From a virus: DNA of 64,000 nt. The notes under the pieces are model-generated. The model did no database searches. It saw only the letters and a program-made list of their open reading frames with translations, and was not told where the DNA came from. Positions 9,901-16,483 of this stretch are shown here, piece after piece. The stretch's first letter is position 1. Each line of letters starts with the position of its first letter. The DNA lies in IMG/VR virus record IMGVR_UViG_3300042387_001967. One strand, given 5' to 3'. Both the position numbers and the translations under genes were made by a program.

Positions 9901-10131
9901 CTCCGGCCTCAGCTCGTTGACGCGCAGCCCGTGCAGGATGTTCAGCATCCGCACCGCGCGGCTGCGCTTGGTCTTGCTGCCGGCGCGGATGATGTCGCGC
10001 TGTTCCTTTTCGATGTCGTCGATGTTCATCCCCTGCAGCGCTGCGAGGATCGCTTCAGGGCCTGTGGTCGGAGGCGTGGTCATGCGCAGGAGCCTAGCCT
10101 GCTGTCGGCGTCGTGTCGCGCGAAATGTCAC
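6997..10131 (-). CDS. rpoC: multisubunit RNA polymerase beta'-like catalytic fragment (intein-containing)
   Basis: GPEAILAAL...MMLTSVPVIPPKFRP, MLSKPVDTVGRGVIVPD, RSPAWHR, NADFDGD, and after the intein TMSVHVP align with bacterial RpoC; start could instead be ATG 10083. Confidence 0.92.
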   Translation of the reverse strand: MTFRATRRRQQARLLRMTTPPTTGPEAILAALQGMNIDDIEKEQRDIIRAGSKTKRSRAVRMLNILHGLRVNELRPEHMMLTSVPVIPPKFRPFSVTGDTFLPGDSNEVYRDLLEYRRLYSDTEKAMGRDGAAEAYMDMTRAAKAAYGYGESPNPKTRAREVKGFFKMVTGTNPKTSFYASKMLSKPVDTVGRGVIVPDADLGMDDVGIPEEMAWKLYSNYVQRRLVRSGMAPAAALKHLTDRSPMARKALDYEMGTETDKEGHETPRRPVVITRSPAWHRTNVIGQRPRIVPGDAIRVNTFITEGMNADFDGDEVHNQVVTAIQRDLISSLPSYLVDRFQILGNAADMYNKLQLPYIDPTTHEVAVIDLEDFPRSEELIGEKQGTNSYIRFFKALPGTKVIAFDENTGALVWADVAGWSEHTAPPIEVVTLSNRRQTFTDDDPRAVYGMDPTTGEMGRWTPTDALEKKVAVPCGRNLRELVATLEPIAEVKMGSVQIVLDFDAGWFMGAMCGDGWWDKKDYDFYATRGWKGRRNLHLADLKEDNAKRLKSFIEQHLDSAGTLYYHRHEQNKEEGDARYGDTIRHSFNFAGSEHVAAFLQLHLGGERDEKTSGAANKRVPGFLFRAPEEFRRGFLTGMVDTDGSISVGNGGEEGKGNVFNIGSTSLRLIRELQALCMTLDVRASVTWSKETSGGNECWVLAMSTWDCKRLDLFAGLATEHKRENFLKAEVVRENTAAVFNKAVIPRNVFDVVQHDLVNPKITAEDRTTDSPELDWKKHQQNMVVQWAKGKHEGVISRPSARAVLDHLREMLAKRVAARDAALTLLRSEVVELTSANAKILRAGVYATAAPFSADNDKGSETYKLASIIKTAAHAGDALGGLRRRRLLERLEALPVYRGALDSDLLKTWVRDILDQEHITWATVVEVDKTGIRETGYDLTVPGYETFMSADGVILSNTMSVHVPTTDEAVRDVREKMMASKMLWSIKDRSKTMANPKHETLLGLNMLSPANRPQKKHKFTSDDDVMAAIERGEVDLYDDVEISPS
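7264..9189 (-). mobile_element. intein with LAGLIDADG homing endonuclease (642 aa), atypical N-terminus
   Basis: In-frame insert between NADFDGD and TMSVHVP; LAGLIDADG-like blocks GWFMGAMCGDG and GFLTGMVDTDG; C-terminal YDLTVPGYETFMSADGVILSN followed by +1 Thr. Confidence 0.9.
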
Positions 10132-10156
10132 TCACCCGTCGCGCGCCGGCCGTCAT
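10094..10156 (-). CDS. 20-aa mini-ORF bridging accessory operon and beta' gene
   Basis: ATGA overlap with stop of 10153..10602; ends 10 nt before ATG 10083. Confidence 0.3.
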   Translation of the reverse strand: MTAGARRVSDISRDTTPTAG

Positions 10157-10602
10157 CGGACGTTGTTCTTCGCCGTCGCTTTCACGTCCAGGTCGATCTC
10201 GGTCCGTCCGTCCTGCAGTTCGCGACGTGTCAGTACGATGCCGCAGCCCTCCATCCAGTGGAACAGCGGCACTGCATTCGCGCGCGTGGTGATGATTTTG
10301 CTGTCGCATCCCTTCAGGAATCCACGGGACAGGAAGATCGGGCCGTCGCATTTCAGCGCCTTCAGCACAGTGGTCGACAGTTCCACCGCGGTGGCCACCT
10401 GGTCGTAGGTCAGGTGCGGCTCAGGCAGACGACGCAGCGTGGACGGCCACCAAGGCCACCGCCACCACCATCGCAGTTCGCGCACGCCGCCGTCCACTAG
10501 GACGAACGGGCGGCCCTTGCCATACATGCGCCAGACTGGGTCGCCGGCTTTGGTCCTGGCGATCATGTGCCAGCTTTCCGTAGGGTCAGGGTTGTTTTTC
10601 AT
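10153..10602 (-). CDS. hypothetical protein
   Basis: 149-aa ORF, ATGA overlap. Confidence 0.65.
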   Translation of the reverse strand: MKNNPDPTESWHMIARTKAGDPVWRMYGKGRPFVLVDGGVRELRWWWRWPWWPSTLRRLPEPHLTYDQVATAVELSTTVLKALKCDGPIFLSRGFLKGCDSKIITTRANAVPLFHWMEGCGIVLTRRELQDGRTEIDLDVKATAKNNVR

Positions 10603-10835
10603 GCTTCGATTTTTTCGAGGAACGCGACGATGTCGTCGATGGTTTTGAAGAAACGCTCTTCGTCCTCGGATATGATGATGTCGTATTCATCCTCGAAGGC
10701 CATGAGGACGTCCACGTCGTCGTGCTCGTCAATTCCGATGTCGGTCAGCTTGTTGACTTTCGCGACGGCGGCTTCGGACTCGCCGGTGAACTCGCTCAGG
10801 ATTCTGATGGCGTCGGTGCGGTAGTTTTTTGTCAT
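10599..10835 (-). CDS. acyl carrier protein homologue lacking the Ppant serine (DSL->DEH)
   Basis: DIGIDEHDDVDVLMAFEDEYDIIISEDEERFFKTI aligns without gaps to E. coli AcpP [35 protein letters not shown]; alternative GTG start at 10898. Confidence 0.8.
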   Translation of the reverse strand: MTKNYRTDAIRILSEFTGESEAAVAKVNKLTDIGIDEHDDVDVLMAFEDEYDIIISEDEERFFKTIDDIVAFLEKIEA

Positions 10836-10894
10836 TGTGATGGTATTGTTGCGGCGGTCAACGCCGACAGTTTGAATTTCACCCACTCGCAGCG

Positions 10895-11134
10895 TCACCA
10901 GGTCTCCTCCCCTGTCGCGTCCGCTTCGAGGCGCGCAATCTTCGTGAGCTTGCGCAGCCTCTTGCGCTTCGCCGAGGCTTCCGGCCCCCTTTCGCAAAAC
11001 CCGACGTTCAGCCCGGTGGCGATCAATTTCTGACGCAAGACGGCGTCGTTCAGATCGTCCGTAGCATGAGGCACCCATCCCTTCGCCATTTTGCGGCCGT
11101 TCTTGTCGCGTGGAACGCTGCGTTTCGTCGTCAT
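10895..11134 (-). CDS. hypothetical basic protein
   Basis: MTTKRSVP...; ATGA overlap. Confidence 0.6.
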   Translation of the reverse strand: MTTKRSVPRDKNGRKMAKGWVPHATDDLNDAVLRQKLIATGLNVGFCERGPEASAKRKRLRKLTKIARLEADATGEETW

Positions 11135-11958
11135 ACCTCCTCCCCCGGCGCCAGCACCCGCACGACCTTGAACGAGTTCACGCAGAACCCATACTCGTCG
11201 GACAGCCAGTCCGACACCGCGCTGTCGTCCGCCATCGCATCCTCCATGCCCGTCTCCACGTCCCACAGACGCACGACGACCTGCTTGGGCGGGTCGACCA
11301 CATCAACTCCATCGGGGTTCGGGTCGTCGCCATCGTTCGTCAGATCCCAGTCCACTTCGAGCAGGACGCGCGGACTCTCATCCGGGTCCTGTACCTGGAT
11401 GACCCAGTCCGGGTTCTCCGCCGGCTTCCCGGTGATGATGTAGTAGAGCCGGTTGACGAAGTGCATACCGTTCACGATGCAGAACTCCCCGTCGTCGTCA
11501 TCCATCGCCGTCCAAACACGGTTCTCTTTGACCGCTTCGTTGAGGGCGCGCAGGTCGTCCGCATCAGTCCAGTCGCGCTGTCGGACGCCGTCGCCTTCCG
11601 GGGTCTGCTCCGGGCGGTAACGCGCGATGAACTGGTCATCGGTCAGATGCAGCAGCAGCCCGTGCATCGGCTCGGCCGGCCCCAGCCTCATGCGCAGCAG
11701 TGCCAGGACGTCGTTGCCGCATGCGTCGATGAGCTGGATGTCCACGCCGAACTCCTTGTAGATGTCACGACTCGCCGTCGTGATGTCGATTGCGTCCAGC
11801 CGGAGGCTGCTCTTGATGTCGGCTGACAAGTCGATCCGATCGATGTCGTCTTTCCTCCTGATGTTCGCCGCGACGGCGAGGATTTCGCGCAGTTTGTGCG
11901 CGCGTGGGTCGAGTGTAGTCATTGTGGTTTTGGTAGTCATTGTGGTTTTGGTGCTCAT
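11131..11958 (-). CDS. multi-module protein with N-terminal ACP-like domain (DSL->DAI)
   Basis: IDLSADIKSSLRLDAIDITTASRDIYKEFGVDI keeps the ACP spacing A-x5-L-x2-D-[S]-x-D-x10-E-F-x3-I; acidic C-terminal modules. Confidence 0.6.
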   Translation of the reverse strand: MSTKTTMTTKTTMTTLDPRAHKLREILAVAANIRRKDDIDRIDLSADIKSSLRLDAIDITTASRDIYKEFGVDIQLIDACGNDVLALLRMRLGPAEPMHGLLLHLTDDQFIARYRPEQTPEGDGVRQRDWTDADDLRALNEAVKENRVWTAMDDDDGEFCIVNGMHFVNRLYYIITGKPAENPDWVIQVQDPDESPRVLLEVDWDLTNDGDDPNPDGVDVVDPPKQVVVRLWDVETGMEDAMADDSAVSDWLSDEYGFCVNSFKVVRVLAPGEEV

Positions 11959-12236
11959 GCTCCGTAGGGTGTGATGGCCAGAACGCATTCACGCCCGCCG
12001 ATCAGGACGGTCTCCAGTTTGCTGCCGCACATATTTTCCAGGTTCTCCAACCAGTAGTTCCAGTCGTCGTTGACCGCTTCGTGGACAGCTCCGCGGACGG
12101 CTCCTCCTGCAACGACTTCGACAGCCTCCACGTGGAAGCTCTTCCCGGCGATGCTGATTACGCTCTTCCAGTAATGCGGCACGCACTCCCGCATTTCGAG
12201 CTCTTCGTTCCCGATGATGATTGTGGCCGTGTTCAT
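11955..12236 (-). CDS. hypothetical protein
   Basis: MNTATIII...; overlaps neighbours. Confidence 0.65.
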   Translation of the reverse strand: MNTATIIIGNEELEMRECVPHYWKSVISIAGKSFHVEAVEVVAGGAVRGAVHEAVNDDWNYWLENLENMCGSKLETVLIGGRECVLAITPYGA

Positions 12237-12562
12237 TCGCCGGCCTCCGACGGCTGCCCGGTGGACACCGAGGTGATGTTGCGCCACCAGCGGTCAGGCA
12301 GCGGCGAGCCCGGGGGTTGCAGCAACACTCCGGCGCTGTGCGTCGTGATTGACGCTTGGCGTTGGGCAGGCATCGGCATGCCGGCCCAACCCGCGCAGTA
12401 GTTCTGGCACGTCGGGCAGTGCAGAGCTTCAGCAGACGAGCCGTGGTCGTGAGACTCGTCGCCGTATGGTCCGCCGCCGTCTTCGTCGCTGGTTGCGGTC
12501 AGGCGCCAGCGTCCGGTGGGTTGTCCGTTCTTTGCGATCTGCAGGGGTTTGATGATAAACAT
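12233..12562 (-). CDS. hypothetical protein with H/C putative metal-binding residues
   Basis: MFIIKPLQ...HDHGSSAEALHCPTC; A/C-rich leader. Confidence 0.6.
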   Translation of the reverse strand: MFIIKPLQIAKNGQPTGRWRLTATSDEDGGGPYGDESHDHGSSAEALHCPTCQNYCAGWAGMPMPAQRQASITTHSAGVLLQPPGSPLPDRWWRNITSVSTGQPSEAGE

Positions 12563-12590
12563 GGTTTTGATTTCTGAGTGTGGTCCCGCC

Positions 12591-12720
12591 GTTGAAGTGT
12601 GGGAGTGAGTCGCCCCGCCCCTCCCATGAAATGGGCGACTGCGGCGCACGCCTTTCCACCAAGATTTTGTCTTGAGCGTTCGCCGGCGTGAATGCCGGGC
12701 AACTCACTCCACACTTCAAC
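12591..12720 (-). ncRNA. putative structured RNA / cis-regulatory element
   Basis: ~24-bp closing stem (12720-12697 with 12615-12591; a G.U pair works only on the minus strand) enclosing several hairpins; intergenic. Confidence 0.55.
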
Positions 12721-12922
12721 GTCGCACGAAGTCGCAGTCCTTCAACGCGAATTGTTTCATCTGACCGTCCTCGGTGTCCACGGCTTCGAGCAGCCACTGG
12801 TCCTCCGGGTGCCACTCTGTGCGGCCCCAAAAGATGCGCACCGGACGGATTTCCCGGCATCGCTCGACGCCGCGCCAGTTTCGGTAGCACACCGGCAGTG
12901 TGGCCGGCTCACCAGTCTCCAT
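12716..12922 (-). CDS. stand-alone WYL-like domain protein
   Basis: YRNWRGVERCREIRPVRIFWG...QWLLEA...KQFAL follows the WYL pattern Y..G..R.I.P......W[YL]L.A......F. Confidence 0.65.
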   Translation of the reverse strand: METGEPATLPVCYRNWRGVERCREIRPVRIFWGRTEWHPEDQWLLEAVDTEDGQMKQFALKDCDFVRR

Positions 12923-13073
12923 CGGGATACTCCTGCCGGGCACTTGCCCAGCGCGCGCGCTCCTCGAATGTGGTCTCTCGTTTGTGCTCGCTCAGTGCGC
13001 CGTTCGGGTTCGCCAGCCAGCTGCGCAGAGCTTCCCTCTCTGCACAATCCAACTTCACGATGTGCTCGTTCAT
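12909..13073 (-). CDS. hypothetical protein
   Basis: MNEHIVKL...; ATGA overlap. Confidence 0.5.
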   Translation of the reverse strand: MNEHIVKLDCAEREALRSWLANPNGALSEHKRETTFEERARWASARQEYPDGDW

Positions 13074-13660
13074 GCCTTCACCTCCGCCAGCTCGTTCATG
13101 ATCAGCAGCTGCCCGTGGTGCTCGTAGGGCGTCCACTGGCAGCCCTCCGGCAGCTTGCCGGCCAGCGTCGTCATCGCCCCATACCACGTCTCGCCGATGT
13201 CCGTGTGCGCCCGCAGCGCCCGGTAGAACGTCGGCAGGCCGGCGCGGTAGCCACGCCACACCCTGGTCGGATGCCAGAAGCCGGCGCTGCCGCGTCGCAG
13301 GATGGGCCCCAGCGCCGCCAGCAGCTCCTCGTGCGTCAGGTCGTTGCCCTCGTTGTCGTCGCCCCAGATGAACAGCCGCTCCGGGTAGAACGCGGATGAC
13401 TCGTTGTCGCCACTGATCAGTGGTCGCCCGTTGCGCATCCCTTCCGAGAGGAACGCGTAGTGATGCTCCTTGGCGTCGTCGTCGACCCGCCACCCGTAGG
13501 GCGTGGCGATGCCGGCCGCGATGCGATCGGGCCTGCCCTTGATGGGGAACACGTGGTCGCCCTGTGACGTAGTCACTCCCTTGGGCGGCATGTCCGTCGA
13601 CAGGTTGTACATGGACTGCATGAAGCCCCACATGGCTCCGCTGAGCTGAATTACTTTCAT
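13070..13660 (-). CDS. hypothetical protein
   Basis: 196-aa ORF, overlaps both neighbours. Confidence 0.7.
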   Translation of the reverse strand: MKVIQLSGAMWGFMQSMYNLSTDMPPKGVTTSQGDHVFPIKGRPDRIAAGIATPYGWRVDDDAKEHHYAFLSEGMRNGRPLISGDNESSAFYPERLFIWGDDNEGNDLTHEELLAALGPILRRGSAGFWHPTRVWRGYRAGLPTFYRALRAHTDIGETWYGAMTTLAGKLPEGCQWTPYEHHGQLLIMNELAEVKA

Positions 13661-14553
13661 TGCTGTGTTGGGTTGTCGAGTTCGCGTTCACGTTTGCGCA
13701 AGATCTTCCGCAACTTGAGAGACGCTTCGTTTTGGATCTGCCTGATGCGCTCCCGTGTGAGGCCAACCTTTGTCCCGACCTCATCGAGCGAGAATCCATC
13801 AGCGCGCATCCGTATTATGAGACGTGCGCGCGCGTCGAGTTCGGACAGGCTCTCCTCCAGCAATTCCAGCGCTACAGGCTCCCGATACTCCTCCGCTGCT
13901 ACGTCTCTGGCGGCACGCAGCGGGCGGGCGAATGTGAGCGGTCCTTCCGGGAGTTCGCCTGACACGATGCGGGTATGAGTTCTGATGCGTTCCTGAGCGC
14001 GGTCTGGAGTCAGTCGTCCATCGGGACAGCATTCGCGACAGATGAACATACCAACACGCTGGCTCTTTCCGCGGCTATGGCCCTTGCTGCGGGGTCCGTG
14101 GATGATGACTCCGTTCTTGACCGGCACTCCAGTCGCGCGCACCTCGCAGTAAGCGCACTTGAGACCCCTATTTGCTGGAGGCCTGCCTTCAGCGATGGGC
14201 TTTTCGCGGCGTTTTGCGGCTGCAGCCAGGCCGCTCTCGGACTGGTTGTATCGACGCGTGTACTCGGGGTTTCGTTTACCGTTGATCCTAGAAGGTATGC
14301 CGTATTTCAACGGTTGGCGCATTCTCGCATTTGGATGCTTCTTGCGGTAATACCAGCGCTGATATGCGGGATTCTGCTTACCGTCGACCAGGCAGGGAGG
14401 AGCACCTTCGGCGCGTGGCTTGCGAGGTTTGACTCCGAGGACATTACGAGCATACCAGACATGGTAGGCTGGATTCCCGCGCCCATCTGGAAGCTTGCTT
14501 TTCGGTTTCTCGTTGGCTGCGTTCGTGCTCATGTCTGACGTTGATGCGATCAT
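13657..14553 (-). CDS. sigma70 region-4 HTH protein with N-terminal NPxY repeats and Cys cluster
   Basis: C-terminal FSLDEVGTKVGLTRERIRQIQNEASLKLRK; three [DN]GxxNPxY repeats; CAYC...CREC. Confidence 0.75.
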   Translation of the reverse strand: MIASTSDMSTNAANEKPKSKLPDGRGNPAYHVWYARNVLGVKPRKPRAEGAPPCLVDGKQNPAYQRWYYRKKHPNARMRQPLKYGIPSRINGKRNPEYTRRYNQSESGLAAAAKRREKPIAEGRPPANRGLKCAYCEVRATGVPVKNGVIIHGPRSKGHSRGKSQRVGMFICRECCPDGRLTPDRAQERIRTHTRIVSGELPEGPLTFARPLRAARDVAAEEYREPVALELLEESLSELDARARLIIRMRADGFSLDEVGTKVGLTRERIRQIQNEASLKLRKILRKRERELDNPTQQ

Positions 14554-14585
14554 TTGAGTTCGCGTTTGTTGATTCTCCTCGCTGC

Positions 14586-15080
14586 TTACTCCGTGGCCGT
14601 GCCGTCAGCGATGCGCTGCAGCCGTCGGCTCATCAGGACGATCAGTTGGTCGAACCCGCGGCACACGTCCGTCGCCTTCCGCTTGTGAAACGGGTTGCGC
14701 GCCTCCGGATCCTCGCAGAAGTCCGCCCGGATGATGGTCTCCCTGTCGTAAGCAGGGCCAATGTCCATGTGCCAGCTCACCACGAACGTGTCCGGCTGGC
14801 AGGACTTCCCGTCGAAGTCGAGCGTCGCGGACAAGCCTGTCGGGCCGGTGATGCGGATCTCCGCGCGTCGGTTCAGCTCGCGCTCAATCGTGAACGGCAC
14901 CTTCAGCGCGTCGCACATCCTGATCATGAGCGCGAGCATCTTCGCGCGATCAGCTTTGCGGCGCTCCGACATCTCCCAGTAGGGGTTCAACACCTCGCAG
15001 TGCTTGCAGGCAGCGCCGCCTGGTTTTTCGGTCAAGAAGCCCTCGCAGGTCGGGCACGGGATGATGGGGTCAGTATTCAT
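14586..15080 (-). CDS. hypothetical protein, N-terminal Zn-ribbon-like
   Basis: CPTC...CKHC. Confidence 0.65.
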   Translation of the reverse strand: MNTDPIIPCPTCEGFLTEKPGGAACKHCEVLNPYWEMSERRKADRAKMLALMIRMCDALKVPFTIERELNRRAEIRITGPTGLSATLDFDGKSCQPDTFVVSWHMDIGPAYDRETIIRADFCEDPEARNPFHKRKATDVCRGFDQLIVLMSRRLQRIADGTATE

Positions 15081-15306
15081 GGTTGAGATGGGCGTCCTCG
15101 CGGTCGCCGTCGATGTAATCCCGGCACGTCGGGCATGTGACCTCGGTGCGCAGGTTGGTCCAGAGCAGGTTCCACGTGCGGTTGTTGCACAGCGGTCGCC
15201 CGCCTTTCCTAGGGTCGTGTTGATCGACGCCGATGCGCAGATGCACGACCTCCTGCTCTTTCCCGTTGGGGAACGGTCCGTCTGGGTTTCCGCGACTTGT
15301 AATCAT
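15070..15306 (-). CDS. hypothetical protein
   Basis: MITSRG...; ATGA overlap. Confidence 0.55.
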   Translation of the reverse strand: MITSRGNPDGPFPNGKEQEVVHLRIGVDQHDPRKGGRPLCNNRTWNLLWTNLRTEVTCPTCRDYIDGDREDAHLNHEY

Positions 15307-15551
15307 AGGATTGGTCTGAATGAGATTTCGCCATCTACGAACTCGAACGCTTCCGCGGTCCACGCGAACGACACGTAGCCCACCGGATAGAGGGCCGTCG
15401 CGCTTTGAATGACGATCCCCTCGATGAAGCGGTTTTCAGGGCGTCCGGCTGGGATGCCCATGATGACGATCGGATCCATGGTGCCATGCAGAAAGCTCGC
15501 CCACAGCGCTCCATCCCTATCGCGCCAATTCGCGTATTCCTGATCGGTCAT
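15303..15551 (-). CDS. hypothetical protein
   Basis: 82 aa, GGAGG upstream, ATGA overlap. Confidence 0.65.
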   Translation of the reverse strand: MTDQEYANWRDRDGALWASFLHGTMDPIVIMGIPAGRPENRFIEGIVIQSATALYPVGYVSFAWTAEAFEFVDGEISFRPIL

Positions 15552-15790
15552 ACCGCCTCCTCCTCTTTCTGGATGCGCAGCCGCCCGAGGATGTCCTCGG
15601 CGGTCCAGCCGTTCGTCAGCAGGTATTCCACCTGCGCCGGCTGGCCGTTGTTGTTGACGGCGGACGCCTGCTCCGAGGCGCAGTCATGTATCAGCGCGTC
15701 CAGCGATTCGCCGGGATGCTGGGCATTGACGACCTCCAGCAGGGCGCTGACCCGCTCGGCAGCGCGCTTCGCTACGTCAGGGTCCTTCAC
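15548..15790 (-). CDS. hypothetical protein
   Basis: GTG start overlapping upstream stop. Confidence 0.6.
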   Translation of the reverse strand: MKDPDVAKRAAERVSALLEVVNAQHPGESLDALIHDCASEQASAVNNNGQPAQVEYLLTNGWTAEDILGRLRIQKEEEAV

Positions 15791-16473
15791 GCTTGTGCCT
15801 CCCCGTCGGTGGTGGAAGACCGACTGCGCCGCCGGTCGGCGTATGGATGATCGCGCCACCAGTTGCGCTCTCGCAATACCGCGTCCAGCGCGGCACTCAT
15901 CTCCGCGAGTTCCCGCTTCGCCGCGTCGCGCTCGATGCGCATCGCGCTCTCCGCGATCCTGAATTTGTCGCACGCACTGCCAAGGACGACGAGTTCGGCG
16001 CGGGCTGCGTCCCGCTCGGCGGCTAAGCCACCCAGCTGCTTCCACAGCCAGCCGGGGACAGGGTCAACTGAAGGCGACGAGCTCGGCTTGCTGCTGACTC
16101 TGTCGAGGTCGGCTTTGAATGCGTCGCGCTCCTTCCTCAGTTCGTCGGCCGCGGCCATGAGCATACCCAGCGCGACATTATTTTTGCGCTGGTTTTCCTC
16201 GAGGTCGATACGCCTGGACGTTTCCAACGCGCGCTGCTGTGTGTCTTGCGCTTCCTTGCACGCCGCGACGAAGGCGTCCAGATACGCCTGGTCTCTCTGT
16301 ATGCTCTCCGCGGTCTCTTCCTGCACCTCCGGAGTATCGCCGGCGTCGGGCTTCAGGCTCGTATACCTTGCGAAGATTTCCGAAGCCCACTCGACGAACT
16401 CGCGCAGTGCCTGTGGCGTTACGAATCGGGTGCTCTCTTCTGGTGTGCCCGTGAGGGCTATATTTTCATTCAT
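15787..16473 (-). CDS. coiled-coil protein
   Basis: MNENIAL...; repeated ERDA heptad-like segments. Confidence 0.65.
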   Translation of the reverse strand: MNENIALTGTPEESTRFVTPQALREFVEWASEIFARYTSLKPDAGDTPEVQEETAESIQRDQAYLDAFVAACKEAQDTQQRALETSRRIDLEENQRKNNVALGMLMAAADELRKERDAFKADLDRVSSKPSSSPSVDPVPGWLWKQLGGLAAERDAARAELVVLGSACDKFRIAESAMRIERDAAKRELAEMSAALDAVLRERNWWRDHPYADRRRSRSSTTDGEAQA

Positions 16474-16483
16474 TGGAGTTTTT

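Noticed and set aside
12591-12720. Structured element as a tRNA or hammerhead ribozyme
   Set aside because: No T-loop TTCGA or cloverleaf dimensions, and no CTGANGA core.
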